DNA from: Planctomycetota bacterium
GTDB taxonomy: Bacteria > Planctomycetota > GCA-002687715 > DRQF01
Length of the DNA: 34,489 nucleotides
NCBI GenBank assembly: GCA_036479435.1
Contig: JAZGFI010000063.1
Location: 1-34,489, forward strand
Reading direction: 5' to 3'
Positions 15,993 to 25,782 of this stretch are shown here, piece after piece (position 1 is the first letter of the stretch; every line of letters begins with the position of its first letter). A program made the position numbers and the translations under genes. The notes below the pieces were generated by a model. It made no database searches, had not been told where the DNA came from, and worked only from the letters and a program-made list of their open reading frames with translations.

Positions 15993-16852
15993 TGATATAC
16001 GCAAGAACCATCACGGTCTTAGGCGCCTTTCTTTTCGCAGGAATACTGCCCGCGCAAGAAAGCCGACCCAGCAAAGGGCTCTCGAAGCACCTTCTTAAGG
16101 TCTTCGAGGACCAAAGCACCTTACGAGAAGCGAAGAACAGTCTAGATGACGTCGCCACGAGCGTCTCGGCCGCGCTCGCCAACATTGATCGTAGCCAACT
16201 CAGCAAGCTGCAAGATCGCCTCGGCAAGCTGGCCAACGAAGAGGATCAACTGCAACGCATGCTCCAAGAAGTCGGCAAGGGGCTGCCCATTCCGGTTTCT
16301 GTCACCGAGAGCCTCGATGCCACGGCCGCCGAAGTCAGCTTGGAGTCACTGCAGTCCGAGCGCGAGCTCTTGCTCGGACTGAAGTCCGACCTCGCCCGCC
16401 GAAAGAGACGACGCGAACAGCGCCGTACTTTGGCCGCCCGACGCGAAGAAGCCAAGCGCCCGACTCTGAGCACTCGAGTGCTGCTGAGAGCTTTGGGGCA
16501 ACTGCCTGAAGTCGACCACGACATCGAAACCACCGCCGCCATTCCCGTCGCGGCGAGCCCCTTCCCGCGACGACTCGCCGATGCTCTATACCGCACCGGC
16601 GATTTTCGCGGTGCGCTTCGTCAGTATCTTCTGGCCGAGGAACTCCGCGAGAACTCACTGGAATCCAAAGATCGCTATCGCATGGCCCGCTGCTACGAGT
16701 GGCTCGGCAACACGAACAAAGCCGTGGAAGCTCTCGACAAGCTGATGAAGCTCCAGCCCGACGAGAGCGACTTCTGGAATCAACGAGCCAAGAGCTACAA
16801 CCGCTACCTTTCCAAGAATCCGAAACTCGAAAAGGTGTTGAAGAGATCATGA
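15989..16852 (+). CDS. Exported coiled-coil plus TPR protein
   Basis: Signal peptide, long coiled coil, C-terminal TPRs (LADALYRTGDF, YRMARCYEWLG). Confidence 0.75.
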   Translation: MMIYARTITVLGAFLFAGILPAQESRPSKGLSKHLLKVFEDQSTLREAKNSLDDVATSVSAALANIDRSQLSKLQDRLGKLANEEDQLQRMLQEVGKGLPIPVSVTESLDATAAEVSLESLQSERELLLGLKSDLARRKRRREQRRTLAARREEAKRPTLSTRVLLRALGQLPEVDHDIETTAAIPVAASPFPRRLADALYRTGDFRGALRQYLLAEELRENSLESKDRYRMARCYEWLGNTNKAVEALDKLMKLQPDESDFWNQRAKSYNRYLSKNPKLEKVLKRS

Positions 16853-18180
16853 ACACGACACCAGAACCCATGCTGGAAACGGAGGCTCCCTTGGCACATG
16901 CCACGGTAATCGCCGACGCCGCCCTTGTGACTCAAAAAGGCCCCGCGACGCTCGCGGCGAGCGCTTCCGACGTCAAACGTCTGGAGGAGAGCTTTAGAGT
17001 TTTCACTCGGATGACTCATGACCTCGAACGCGCCTTCGACAAGCTGACGGAACGCAGTTCCCGTGTCGATCACGAACTCGGCCGCACGAACAAAAAGCTG
17101 CTCAGCAAGCTCGCAGAACTGGAGTCCTTGAGCAGCAATCGGCGCCGCATTCTCGAGGCTCTGCCCAACGGTGTCGTCGTGGTCGACGAAGCGGGATTCA
17201 TCGAAACCGTCAATCCTGCCGCAGAACGTCTCCTCGGACGGTGCGCACAAGAGTTGTGCGGCCGCCATCGTCAGGCCCTCGTGGGCCCCACGGGTGACTG
17301 CCTCTTGCTCGACTCTGCGGCGCAGGCCGTCGAAGGCGGCGCGATTGAACGCGAAGTCGTGGTCCTGGACGGTTGCAATCGACGCCTGTCGATTACCCGC
17401 GCTCCCCTGCCCGGTGGCAGCGAGATTCAGGTGCTCGTCGACCTCACCGTCGTGACCCGACTTCGGGAACAAGTCAACCGCCTCGATACTCTCGCCAACC
17501 TCGGCGAAATGGCGGCGGGCATTGCCCACGAGATTCGAAATCCCCTCAACGGCATTGCCGGCTTTGCGGGTTTGCTTCAACGCAGTGTTGGCGGTGATGA
17601 TCCCACGGCCCAGCGCTACGTCAAAAACATCAGTCGCGGCGTTCGAGAAGTCAACGACATCATCACGAACCTACTGACTTTCGCTTCACCTGGTCGCGCT
17701 CCCGAGGCCACGGTCGTTCTGAGTGAATTGCTCAAAGATGTTGAGGCCACGGCGCAGGGATTCCTTGAGAGTCGACCGAAAGTTGAACTGAATCTCGTCA
17801 TTCACCCTGCCGCGCGCAGGATCGCGATTCGCGGTGACGCCACTAAACTGAAGATCGTCTTCACCAACTTGGTAAAGAACGCGATCGAGGCGATTGCCGA
17901 TCGCGGCTCCGTCACGGTGCGGCTTGAACTTAGTCCTGAGGGGCGTGAAGCGAGGATCAAAGTGACGGACACCGGTTCTGGTGTACCCGCCGCCATGCGC
18001 CACCGAGTCTTCCAGCCCTTCGCAACGACGAAGGCTCAGGGTACCGGCCTTGGACTCGCCCTGGCTCACCGTTTCGTTGAACTGCACGGCGGTTCCATCC
18101 GTTGCGACAACGTCGCGGAGGGTTGCACCTTTTCGATCGAGCTGCCCCTTTGCACCCGTGAGGAGTCGATGCAAGCATGA
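16849..18180 (+). CDS. Cytoplasmic PAS sensor histidine kinase (FleS/FlrB-like)
   Basis: LEESFRVFTRMTHDLE coiled coil, PAS (LPNGVVVVD..VNPAAE), H-box AHEIRNPL, N box and GTGLGL; no TM. Confidence 0.88.
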   Translation: MNTTPEPMLETEAPLAHATVIADAALVTQKGPATLAASASDVKRLEESFRVFTRMTHDLERAFDKLTERSSRVDHELGRTNKKLLSKLAELESLSSNRRRILEALPNGVVVVDEAGFIETVNPAAERLLGRCAQELCGRHRQALVGPTGDCLLLDSAAQAVEGGAIEREVVVLDGCNRRLSITRAPLPGGSEIQVLVDLTVVTRLREQVNRLDTLANLGEMAAGIAHEIRNPLNGIAGFAGLLQRSVGGDDPTAQRYVKNISRGVREVNDIITNLLTFASPGRAPEATVVLSELLKDVEATAQGFLESRPKVELNLVIHPAARRIAIRGDATKLKIVFTNLVKNAIEAIADRGSVTVRLELSPEGREARIKVTDTGSGVPAAMRHRVFQPFATTKAQGTGLGLALAHRFVELHGGSIRCDNVAEGCTFSIELPLCTREESMQA

Positions 18181-19553
18181 ACAAACACATTCTCGTTGCC
18201 GACGACGACGACCTGTCGCGGGAGTTCCTCGCCGAGGCCTTTCGGGCTTCCGGGGCAACCGTGGACGAGGCACGCACCGGCGAGCAGGCGGCCCGACTCT
18301 TCGACAAGAGCCGGCACGACTTGGTTTTCACCGACATTCGAATGCCCGATGGCGACGGACTTGGACTTCTTAGTCGCGTCAAGGCCATCAGTCCGTCGAC
18401 GCCGGTGATCTTAGTAACGGCTTTTGGATCGGTCGAAACCGCCGTCCAGACCATGCGCGACGGGGCCGAAGATTTCATCATGAAGCCCGTGTCGATTGAG
18501 CAAATTGAGCTGTGCCTACGCCGACTTGATGAGCGCCAATCGCTGGTTCGAGAGAACAAGGTTCTTCGTGCCCGTCTTGGCGAGCGCGGCGCGGATCAAA
18601 AATCCATCATCGGTGAAAGCCCGCAATGGCTGCGTTGTCTGGCCATGGCCGAACGCGTCGCTGAATCACGAGCCACCGTTTTGGTGCGCGGCGAAAGCGG
18701 CACCGGAAAAGAGGTCATCGCCTCGGTGCTGCACACGAGCAGCAATCGTCAGAGCGGCCCCTTCATCAAGACAAACTGCGCCGTGCTGCAGGACAGCCTG
18801 TTGACCAGCGAGCTCTTCGGCCACGAGAAAGGCGCCTTCACCAACGCCCACCAGCGCAAAGAAGGTCGCTTCGAGTTGGCCCACGGCGGAACGCTGTTCC
18901 TGGATGAGATCGGCGAGATCTCCCCGGAGATTCAGGCCAAGCTCTTAAGAGTCTTGGAGTCCGGAGAGTTCGAAAGAGTCGGCGGCAAAGAGACACTTAA
19001 GGTCGACGTGCGCGTGGTTTGCGCCACAAACCGTGACTTAGAACAGATGATGCGCGACGGAAGTTTTCGCGACGATCTTTACTACCGACTCAACGTCGTG
19101 CCCATCGAGGTGCCGCCGCTTAGAGAACGAGGCGAAGACCTCGTGTTGTTGGCAAAGCACTTCCTTGAGATCTACGGCGCAGAATTCTCGAGCCCGGTGC
19201 GAACTTTCAGCGCGGGTGCGATGAGGCGCTTAGCTCTGCACCCCTGGCCGGGCAACGTTCGAGAGCTCGCCAACTTGGTCCAACGCGTAGCCCTGCTGGC
19301 CATTGATGAGATCGTCACGGAGGACCAGCTTGCCCTCGAGCCTAGAAACTCGTCACGGGTTTCCGAGAGCATCGTTGGCCAGACGATCGCCGACGTCGAA
19401 CGCAAACTGATCCTGGGAACTCTGGGCCTTACCAAGAACAACAAGACGGAGGCCGCCCGAATTCTCGGTGTCACCTCCCGCACGCTTTCCAACAAGATGC
19501 GCCTCTATCGCGAGCAAGGCCATGTTCCCTCGCGGCAGTCGGTCATGGGTTGA
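18177..19553 (+). CDS. Sigma54-dependent response regulator (FleR/FlrC-like)
   Basis: Intact receiver (DD, TDIRMP, T, KP), AAA+ domain with variant GAFTNA loop, HTH. Confidence 0.9.
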   Translation: MNKHILVADDDDLSREFLAEAFRASGATVDEARTGEQAARLFDKSRHDLVFTDIRMPDGDGLGLLSRVKAISPSTPVILVTAFGSVETAVQTMRDGAEDFIMKPVSIEQIELCLRRLDERQSLVRENKVLRARLGERGADQKSIIGESPQWLRCLAMAERVAESRATVLVRGESGTGKEVIASVLHTSSNRQSGPFIKTNCAVLQDSLLTSELFGHEKGAFTNAHQRKEGRFELAHGGTLFLDEIGEISPEIQAKLLRVLESGEFERVGGKETLKVDVRVVCATNRDLEQMMRDGSFRDDLYYRLNVVPIEVPPLRERGEDLVLLAKHFLEIYGAEFSSPVRTFSAGAMRRLALHPWPGNVRELANLVQRVALLAIDEIVTEDQLALEPRNSSRVSESIVGQTIADVERKLILGTLGLTKNNKTEAARILGVTSRTLSNKMRLYREQGHVPSRQSVMG

Positions 19554-19563
19554 GGAGATTGTC

Positions 19564-19926
19564 ATGAGTATTACCGATGGAAGAATCGCGGTACTCGCTC
19601 GCGCCATGGATGCCACGGCGCTGCGACATCAGATCACCGCAACGAACATCGCCAACATCAACACGCCGCAGTATCGGGCCCAGGAGCTCGATTTTGAGAG
19701 CACCTTCCGCGATGCCTTGCGGCGCGGTGATCTCAAAGAGGCCGTCAATGTGAGTGCAAAGGTCGTTGAACGCGAAGGCGCCAAAGTCAAGGCCGACGGG
19801 AACAGCGTCCATTTGGAACATGAATTCGGAGTCCTGCAAAAGAACGCCATGATGTTCGACATCTATTCGAGCATTCTGCGCGGCAAGCTCCAGATGATGA
19901 AACGAGCCATCAGCGGTCAAGGTTAA
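19564..19926 (+). CDS. flgB: Flagellar proximal rod protein
   Basis: NIANINTPQYR and DGNSVHLE; GAGGAG RBS. Confidence 0.93.
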   Translation: MSITDGRIAVLARAMDATALRHQITATNIANINTPQYRAQELDFESTFRDALRRGDLKEAVNVSAKVVEREGAKVKADGNSVHLEHEFGVLQKNAMMFDIYSSILRGKLQMMKRAISGQG

Positions 19927-20010
19927 TCCGCAGCGCTAAGTGCGGATGAGGCTGGTCCTCATGGTTTGGTCGCGGACAAAGGGTGAGAGCTTTGTCCACC
20001 GACAGTGAGA

Positions 20011-20026
20011 AGAGAGAGAGAGAGAG
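20011..20026 (+). repeat. (AG)8 simple sequence repeat just upstream of flgC
   Basis: agagagagagagagag ends 6 nt before ATG 20033. Confidence 0.9.
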
Positions 20027-20032
20027 AAGCAC

Positions 20033-20464
20033 ATGGATATCGACTCCGTTTTCACGGGTATTTCGATCAGTTCGTCTGGACTCCACGCCGAGCGCGCTCG
20101 GATGGAGACCATTGCACGCAACATCGCAAATGCCAACGTCTTGTCGACGCCCGACGGTGGCCCCTATCGTCGCCGCGAGGTCTACTTTGAAACCATCCTC
20201 GCCGACAACATGTCAAAGGGTGATATCGAAGGCTCCGTTCGCATCACCGGCGTAGCCGACGACATGGAAACACCGCTCAGAGAGATCTACGACCCCGGCC
20301 ATCCCTTGGCGGACAAGGAGACGGGCAACGTTCAGCACTCCAACGTTGATATGTCCTACGAGATGATCGACCTGATGTCGTCGGGACGTAGTTACGAGGC
20401 GAACCTGAAGGCGATGAAGGTCTTCAAGGACATGGCGGCGCAAGCATTGCGCTTGCTGGAGTAA
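20033..20464 (+). CDS. flgC: Flagellar proximal rod protein
   Basis: SSGLHAERARME..NIANAN, GGPYRRR, YDPGHPLAD, RSYEAN. Confidence 0.96.
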   Translation: MDIDSVFTGISISSSGLHAERARMETIARNIANANVLSTPDGGPYRRREVYFETILADNMSKGDIEGSVRITGVADDMETPLREIYDPGHPLADKETGNVQHSNVDMSYEMIDLMSSGRSYEANLKAMKVFKDMAAQALRLLE

Positions 20465-20470
20465 TCCGCC

Positions 20471-20785
20471 ATGAGTTTCGACTACAACGCCGCGGCGAGC
20501 CGAATCGCCGGTGAGTTCCACAAGATCGGCGCCTCCGAAGCTGCGCCGAAGGCTGCCGAACCCAAAGAGGGTTTCGGGGACATGCTTAAGGGCATGATCT
20601 CTGATACTGAAGGCATGCAGAAAGAAGCCGATCAAGCAGTTCATCAACTCATGACCGGTGAGAAACAAAACGTTCACGAAGTCATGCTCTCGATGGCCAA
20701 GGCGGATGTGAGCTTTCGAATGATGCTCGAAGTGCGCAACAAGCTGGTTGAGGCCTACCAAGAAGTCATGCGGATGCAGGTTTGA
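20471..20785 (+). CDS. fliE: Hook-basal body complex protein
   Basis: VHEVM...EVRNKLVEAYQEVMRMQV. Confidence 0.96.
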   Translation: MSFDYNAAASRIAGEFHKIGASEAAPKAAEPKEGFGDMLKGMISDTEGMQKEADQAVHQLMTGEKQNVHEVMLSMAKADVSFRMMLEVRNKLVEAYQEVMRMQV

Positions 20786-20841
20786 TTTAGCTCTCTGTCT
20801 CAAAGCACAGCGAACTGATCACCTCTGAAAGAGAAGAACAC

Positions 20842-22347
20842 GTGGAATCAACGAATGACGTCTTAGGCCAGATCAAGACCATCTGGGGCCGTTTCAGCGG
20901 CGGCCAGAAGATTGGCGTGGGCGCCGCCGTCGCGGCGGCCTTTGCCGGCGTGCTGATGGCGACGATCTGGGCCGGGCAGCCGGACTATCGCAACTTGGGT
21001 CTTGAGCTAAGCGCCAAGGAGGCCGGAGTGGCCATTGGCCGTCTCGACGAAGAAGGTATCGACTATAAGGTCATGGCAGATGGCTCGACGATCTTGATCG
21101 AAACTAGCGATCTGGAGCAAGCGCGACGGCTGCTCGCGAAGGATGGCCTCAGCGGGGCGGGAGCCAAAGAAGACGGCTCCGGGATGTTCAGCTCGGGCAA
21201 CACGATCAATCGCCGCCAACAGACTTGGTCGAACGCTCGCAACACCGAAAAGCGCGTGTCCGCGACGCTCGTCAACTTTGACTACATCGAGTTTGCTCAC
21301 GTTCACATCACTCCTTTACGCGAACGCTACTACAAGCAAGGTCGTCGTCCGGCGAAGGCCAGCGTCCAGGTCAAGCTGCGCGGGACGCTCAGCGATCACC
21401 AAATTCAGAGCATCACGCACACTGTGGCGCAGGCCGTCGATGGCCTGAACCCCGACCATGTCACCATTCAAGACACGCACGGCATTGTCCTTAAGCAGCC
21501 CAACCAAGGCGAGCTTCAGGGCATGAAGAAGAATCTTCTAAAGCACCAAGAAGCGATCGAGTTCGCCAAGGCCAACCGAGCCCAACAGCAGCTCGACTTT
21601 GTTTTTGGTCCGGGTAAAACTCACGTCACAGTAGATGTAGAGATTGACTCGACGCGGTCGCAGACACGGCAAACGAAGTACAATCCCAAGTCGGGGATCA
21701 CCCGGCACAAAGAGAAGAACGAAAAGAGTTCAACCAGCCCGCGCCGGGTGCCCGGCGGACTGCCGGTGGGATCAAGGAGCCCCGCAAATGGCAGTGGAGG
21801 CGGCGGCGACGCGGTCGACAAGACAGTGTCCGTCACCGAGACCAAGGACTTCGACCGCACCGAAACCGAGCTCGTGAAAATGGGAGGGGCGATCAAGCGT
21901 CTCTCTGCGGCGGTCTTTATCGACGAGAGTCTTAGCTCCCATGAGGAGAGCATTCGCAAGACTTTGGCGGCAGCCGTGGGCATCGACGAAAGTCGCGGTG
22001 ACTCCATCGCCTTACACATCGCAGCCATCGTCGGCGTACCAGAGACCAACTTCGAAGAGGAGCGCAGTGCCGCGGAATCGCAGGCGACAGTTTTTGCCTA
22101 CGCGGAGTACGGCATCTTTGGCCTGCTCGGTGCCTTGTTCCTCTTCTTTTCGCTCCGCACGATCAAAAAGGCAAAGGCATCTCTGCAAGATGTACTGCAA
22201 AGCTCGCTGGATGAAGAAGAGGCTAGTCGGCCGAAGCCAAAGGCTCCCGAGCTGGAGAACGTGGTGCTCAAGGCAGTGAACGAGAATTCCGCACTGGCCG
22301 GACGCTCATTGAAGCGTTGGCTTTACGAACCCGTGGCGAGCGAATGA
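20842..22347 (+). CDS. fliF: MS-ring protein
   Basis: Two TMs, AHVHI..PAKASV, GAIKRLSAAV, GIDESRGD; position between fliE and fliG. Confidence 0.9.
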   Translation: MESTNDVLGQIKTIWGRFSGGQKIGVGAAVAAAFAGVLMATIWAGQPDYRNLGLELSAKEAGVAIGRLDEEGIDYKVMADGSTILIETSDLEQARRLLAKDGLSGAGAKEDGSGMFSSGNTINRRQQTWSNARNTEKRVSATLVNFDYIEFAHVHITPLRERYYKQGRRPAKASVQVKLRGTLSDHQIQSITHTVAQAVDGLNPDHVTIQDTHGIVLKQPNQGELQGMKKNLLKHQEAIEFAKANRAQQQLDFVFGPGKTHVTVDVEIDSTRSQTRQTKYNPKSGITRHKEKNEKSSTSPRRVPGGLPVGSRSPANGSGGGGDAVDKTVSVTETKDFDRTETELVKMGGAIKRLSAAVFIDESLSSHEESIRKTLAAAVGIDESRGDSIALHIAAIVGVPETNFEEERSAAESQATVFAYAEYGIFGLLGALFLFFSLRTIKKAKASLQDVLQSSLDEEEASRPKPKAPELENVVLKAVNENSALAGRSLKRWLYEPVASE

Positions 22348-22348
22348 G

Positions 22349-23365
22349 ATGAATGGCATCGAAAAAGCAGCCGTGCTCTTCCGCGTCATCGGAGCCGAAG
22401 CGGCGGAGAAACTCTGCGGCACGATGAGGCCAGAGGAAGTCTCCATGGTGGCTGCGGCCATGATTCGCTTGGAGAAACAGCCTCCGAGTCAAGATGAGAT
22501 CAAAGTCATCCTTGAAGAGTTTCAATCGATGATGGAATCTGGCGGCGGCATCTTCGCCAACGTCGGCGAGACTTTGGAGCAAATGTTTGCCGCAAAGTTT
22601 GGCAACGAAGGAGCAAAGAGGCTCGAAGAAGTGCGCGTCAACGCGCAGGTCGAGTCGCCGTTCAAGGGACTGTCGGGCGTACCCTTCTCGGATCTCGAAC
22701 GCATCCTGCGCGAAGAGCATCCGCAGGTGCAAGCGGCCGTGTTGGCGAATATCGATAGCGACCTGGCTGCAGGAGTCCTCGGGTGTATGACCGAGGAGCG
22801 GCGCGCCGATGTCGTCGAGCGTATCGCCACGATGAAGCCCCCTCCCCCACGCCTATTGCGGGACATGGCAGATCTGTTCATCGAGAAGACCTCCAATCTC
22901 CCTCGATTCGAGAAGATCGAGGAATCCGGCAGCGTCGCACCGAGTGTTCGGATCGCGGCCGATATCCTGAACGCCGGGGCCGGTGAGGGAAATGAAACCA
23001 TGTTGGATTCAATCGGCGAAAAGAGCCCGGACCTCGTTGAACAAATTCGCGAGACCATGTTCACCTTCGAAGACCTCGCTGCGATTGACAAGATCACCAT
23101 GCAAAAGATCTTGGGCGGTGTCGATACGAAGTTGCTCTCGCTCAGCCTTAAGGCCTGCAGCGAGCAAGCCACGGAGTCTATCTTTGCGGCGGTTTCGCAG
23201 CGGACCCGCGACATGATCGTCGAAGAACGGGAACTCATTGGGGCGGTGCCGCTGACCGAAGTTCAGGAAGCGCAGAAAGAGGTCATGCAGATCATTCGTG
23301 GAATGATCGATAACGGCTCAGTATCGGTATCCGTCGGAGGCTCTGATGGGCAAATGGTCGAGTAG
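22349..23365 (+). CDS. fliG: Motor switch/rotor protein
   Basis: EKAAVL, EHPQ and MFTFEDL motifs. Confidence 0.95.
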   Translation: MNGIEKAAVLFRVIGAEAAEKLCGTMRPEEVSMVAAAMIRLEKQPPSQDEIKVILEEFQSMMESGGGIFANVGETLEQMFAAKFGNEGAKRLEEVRVNAQVESPFKGLSGVPFSDLERILREEHPQVQAAVLANIDSDLAAGVLGCMTEERRADVVERIATMKPPPPRLLRDMADLFIEKTSNLPRFEKIEESGSVAPSVRIAADILNAGAGEGNETMLDSIGEKSPDLVEQIRETMFTFEDLAAIDKITMQKILGGVDTKLLSLSLKACSEQATESIFAAVSQRTRDMIVEERELIGAVPLTEVQEAQKEVMQIIRGMIDNGSVSVSVGGSDGQMVE

Positions 23366-23954
23366 TCTGTCGGTCGCATTCGCCCGACGGCCCATCGATG
23401 CCAAGATCGGGCTTCACGACCGCAGCGGTCATCACGCGAGCAGTCCGTCAAGTTTTGACCTCAAAGAGATTCAACGCCGGGCTTTTGAGCGCGGCCGATT
23501 GGTCGAACGCGAGCAAAGCGGGGTGCCCCTGCAGGTCTTGGTGCGAAAGCTCAGCGACTATGTGGCGACACTTGAGCAATCGCGTGTCGCCGATTCGCAG
23601 CGAGTCGAAGAGGTCGGAGTCCGCTTGGGTCTCCATGTCGCCGAACAGCTGACGCGGAAAGTTCTGGCTGACAACGAGCATGACTCGCGCGCCTTGGTTG
23701 AAACCGCCATCTCTGAGATACGTGCGCGCAAAGAAACTGGGCCATTGACGATCGAGCTGGCAACTGGCGATCACTCGCGTTTGCTTGACGCCTTCGCGGG
23801 CCGCAAACCGAAGGGGATCGAACTGCGCGAGAACGCCTCCCTGTCGCCAGGTGACTTCGTGATCCAGGGCAACAATGTCGAGTACTGGAGTTCGATGAAC
23901 GAGCGCCTCGAGGCCCTCCGAACGCGCCTGATTGAGGAAAGTCGCGATGTCTGA
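23346..23954 (+). CDS. fliH: Export apparatus protein FliH (divergent)
   Basis: Position between fliG and fliI; AFERG remnant repeat; C-terminal LSPGDFVI. Start uncertain. Confidence 0.75.
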   Translation: MGKWSSSLSVAFARRPIDAKIGLHDRSGHHASSPSSFDLKEIQRRAFERGRLVEREQSGVPLQVLVRKLSDYVATLEQSRVADSQRVEEVGVRLGLHVAEQLTRKVLADNEHDSRALVETAISEIRARKETGPLTIELATGDHSRLLDAFAGRKPKGIELRENASLSPGDFVIQGNNVEYWSSMNERLEALRTRLIEESRDV

Positions 23955-25287
23955 GTTCGATTTTCAACGCTATGAGGGCCTGATTGACGCCCAACCCACC
24001 GGGCGGTTTTCGGGCCGCGTCACCCGTGTGGTCGGGTTGACGATCGAGTGCCGAGGACTTCAGGTCGCGATGGGCGAGCTATGCTCCATCAAGGCGCGGG
24101 GTCGCAGTGAGCCCCTCCTCGCCGAGGCCGTTGGGTTTCAAGACGGCTCGACCTTGTTGATGCCCCTAGATGAGGCCACGGGACTTGGTCCGGGCGACAC
24201 GGTGCAACCCTTGGGTCGCACGCTCAGTGTTGGCTGTAGTGAGTCCATGCTCGGGCGCGTGCTCGATGCGCTGGGCAACCCTCTTGACGATGGTCCGCCG
24301 CTTACGCGCGGCATCGAAATGGAAGTGTTTGCAAAAGCACCCGCTCCGCTTTCGCGACAACGAATTAGCCAGCCCTTCGCCACCGGAGTCAGCGCCATCG
24401 ACGGCCTCATGACCCTGGGATACGGGCAGCGTGTCGGCATCTTTGCCGGAAGTGGCGTGGGAAAAAGTACGCTGTTGGGGAGCATTGCCCGCAGCAGTCA
24501 AGGCGAAGTCAATGTCATCGCCTTGGTAGGTGAGCGTGGTCGCGAGGTCAAAGAGTTCATTGAGGCCTCTCTCGGGCCGGAGGGCCTCGCTCGATCCGTG
24601 GTCATTGTGGCAACTTCCGATGCGCCGCCGTTACTGCGCTTCAAAGCCTCTTTCACGGCGATGGCCATCGCTGAGTACTTCCGCGATCATGGGCGGCAGG
24701 TCTTGATGATGATGGATTCCGTGACACGCCTGGCGAATGCCGCGCGTGAGATCGGCTTGTCCTTAGGTGAGCCACCCACGATCAAGGGTTATCCACCGTC
24801 GTTCTTCAGCACGATGCCCAAGCTGGTCGAGCGCATGGGGATTGCCAAAGGCGGCTCCATCACGGGGCTCCTGACGGTGCTCGTGGACGCCGACGACATG
24901 AACGAGCCCGTCGCGGATACGATGCGGGGCTTGCTGGATGGGCACTTTGTTCTGTCCCGAAAGATCGCCTCTCGGGGTCAATACCCAGCCCTGGACGTTC
25001 TGGAGAGCCTGTCGCGCCTCATGGAGGTGGTCACAGAACCAAAACATCAAATGGCGGCGAGGCAGCTGAGGAAACACCTTGCGGTCTATGAGGATGCACG
25101 CGATCTCATCAGCGTCGGTGCCTACCGCCGTGGGAGCGACCCAGAGATTGATGCCGCCGTCGCTATCTACCCGCAAATAATGGACTTACTGAAGCAAGAG
25201 CCCTCAGAATGCCGATCATGGGAGGAGACTCTTTCCCGTCTCACATCCCTTTTTGGAGAGACCCCGTCGCCCCTTCGAGCCTTTTGA
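23947..25287 (+). CDS. fliI: Flagellar export ATPase
   Basis: GIFAGSGVGKS, GERGREV, MDSVTR, LDGHFVLSR. Confidence 0.96.
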   Translation: MSEFDFQRYEGLIDAQPTGRFSGRVTRVVGLTIECRGLQVAMGELCSIKARGRSEPLLAEAVGFQDGSTLLMPLDEATGLGPGDTVQPLGRTLSVGCSESMLGRVLDALGNPLDDGPPLTRGIEMEVFAKAPAPLSRQRISQPFATGVSAIDGLMTLGYGQRVGIFAGSGVGKSTLLGSIARSSQGEVNVIALVGERGREVKEFIEASLGPEGLARSVVIVATSDAPPLLRFKASFTAMAIAEYFRDHGRQVLMMMDSVTRLANAAREIGLSLGEPPTIKGYPPSFFSTMPKLVERMGIAKGGSITGLLTVLVDADDMNEPVADTMRGLLDGHFVLSRKIASRGQYPALDVLESLSRLMEVVTEPKHQMAARQLRKHLAVYEDARDLISVGAYRRGSDPEIDAAVAIYPQIMDLLKQEPSECRSWEETLSRLTSLFGETPSPLRAF

Positions 25288-25317
25288 ATCGAGGGTGAGG
25301 AACAGACGGCCTAAACC

Positions 25318-25782
25318 ATGAAGAAGTTTCACTTCCGACTGCAGCGACTGCTTGAGCTTGAATCCAAGCGCTCCGAGGCAGCACGCCGGCAACTTGCGCT
25401 GGCATTGCGCCGGCTTGAGAACGCTAAGGATGTGGAATTCTCGACTCGGAAAGAGCTCGAACGCGTGACATCTCAGCTCCAAAGAGGCTTTGCCGCCAAA
25501 AAGATCACTCCTTTCGAACTGAAACTTCGGCAAGACGCCCTTCACATCATGGAGAAGAAGCTCTCCGAATGCCACGAGCTGGTGCGCCGGGAAGAACAGC
25601 ACTGTGAAAAGGCACGCCAATTCATGATAGAGCAACGTCGACGTGTTGTGACTTTCGAGCGGATGAGGGAACGAGAGCTTGAGACTTGGAACAAAAGTCG
25701 CGAACGCTGGGACGCCAACGTCCTGGACGAGTTCGCAGCCCGTCGTCACCAAATTCGAATGCAGGGAGCGGCACGGTCATGA
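25318..25782 (+). CDS. fliJ: Flagellar export chaperone
   Basis: MKKFHFRLQRLLEL start, coiled coil and LDE end; follows fliI. Confidence 0.85.
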   Translation: MKKFHFRLQRLLELESKRSEAARRQLALALRRLENAKDVEFSTRKELERVTSQLQRGFAAKKITPFELKLRQDALHIMEKKLSECHELVRREEQHCEKARQFMIEQRRRVVTFERMRERELETWNKSRERWDANVLDEFAARRHQIRMQGAARS

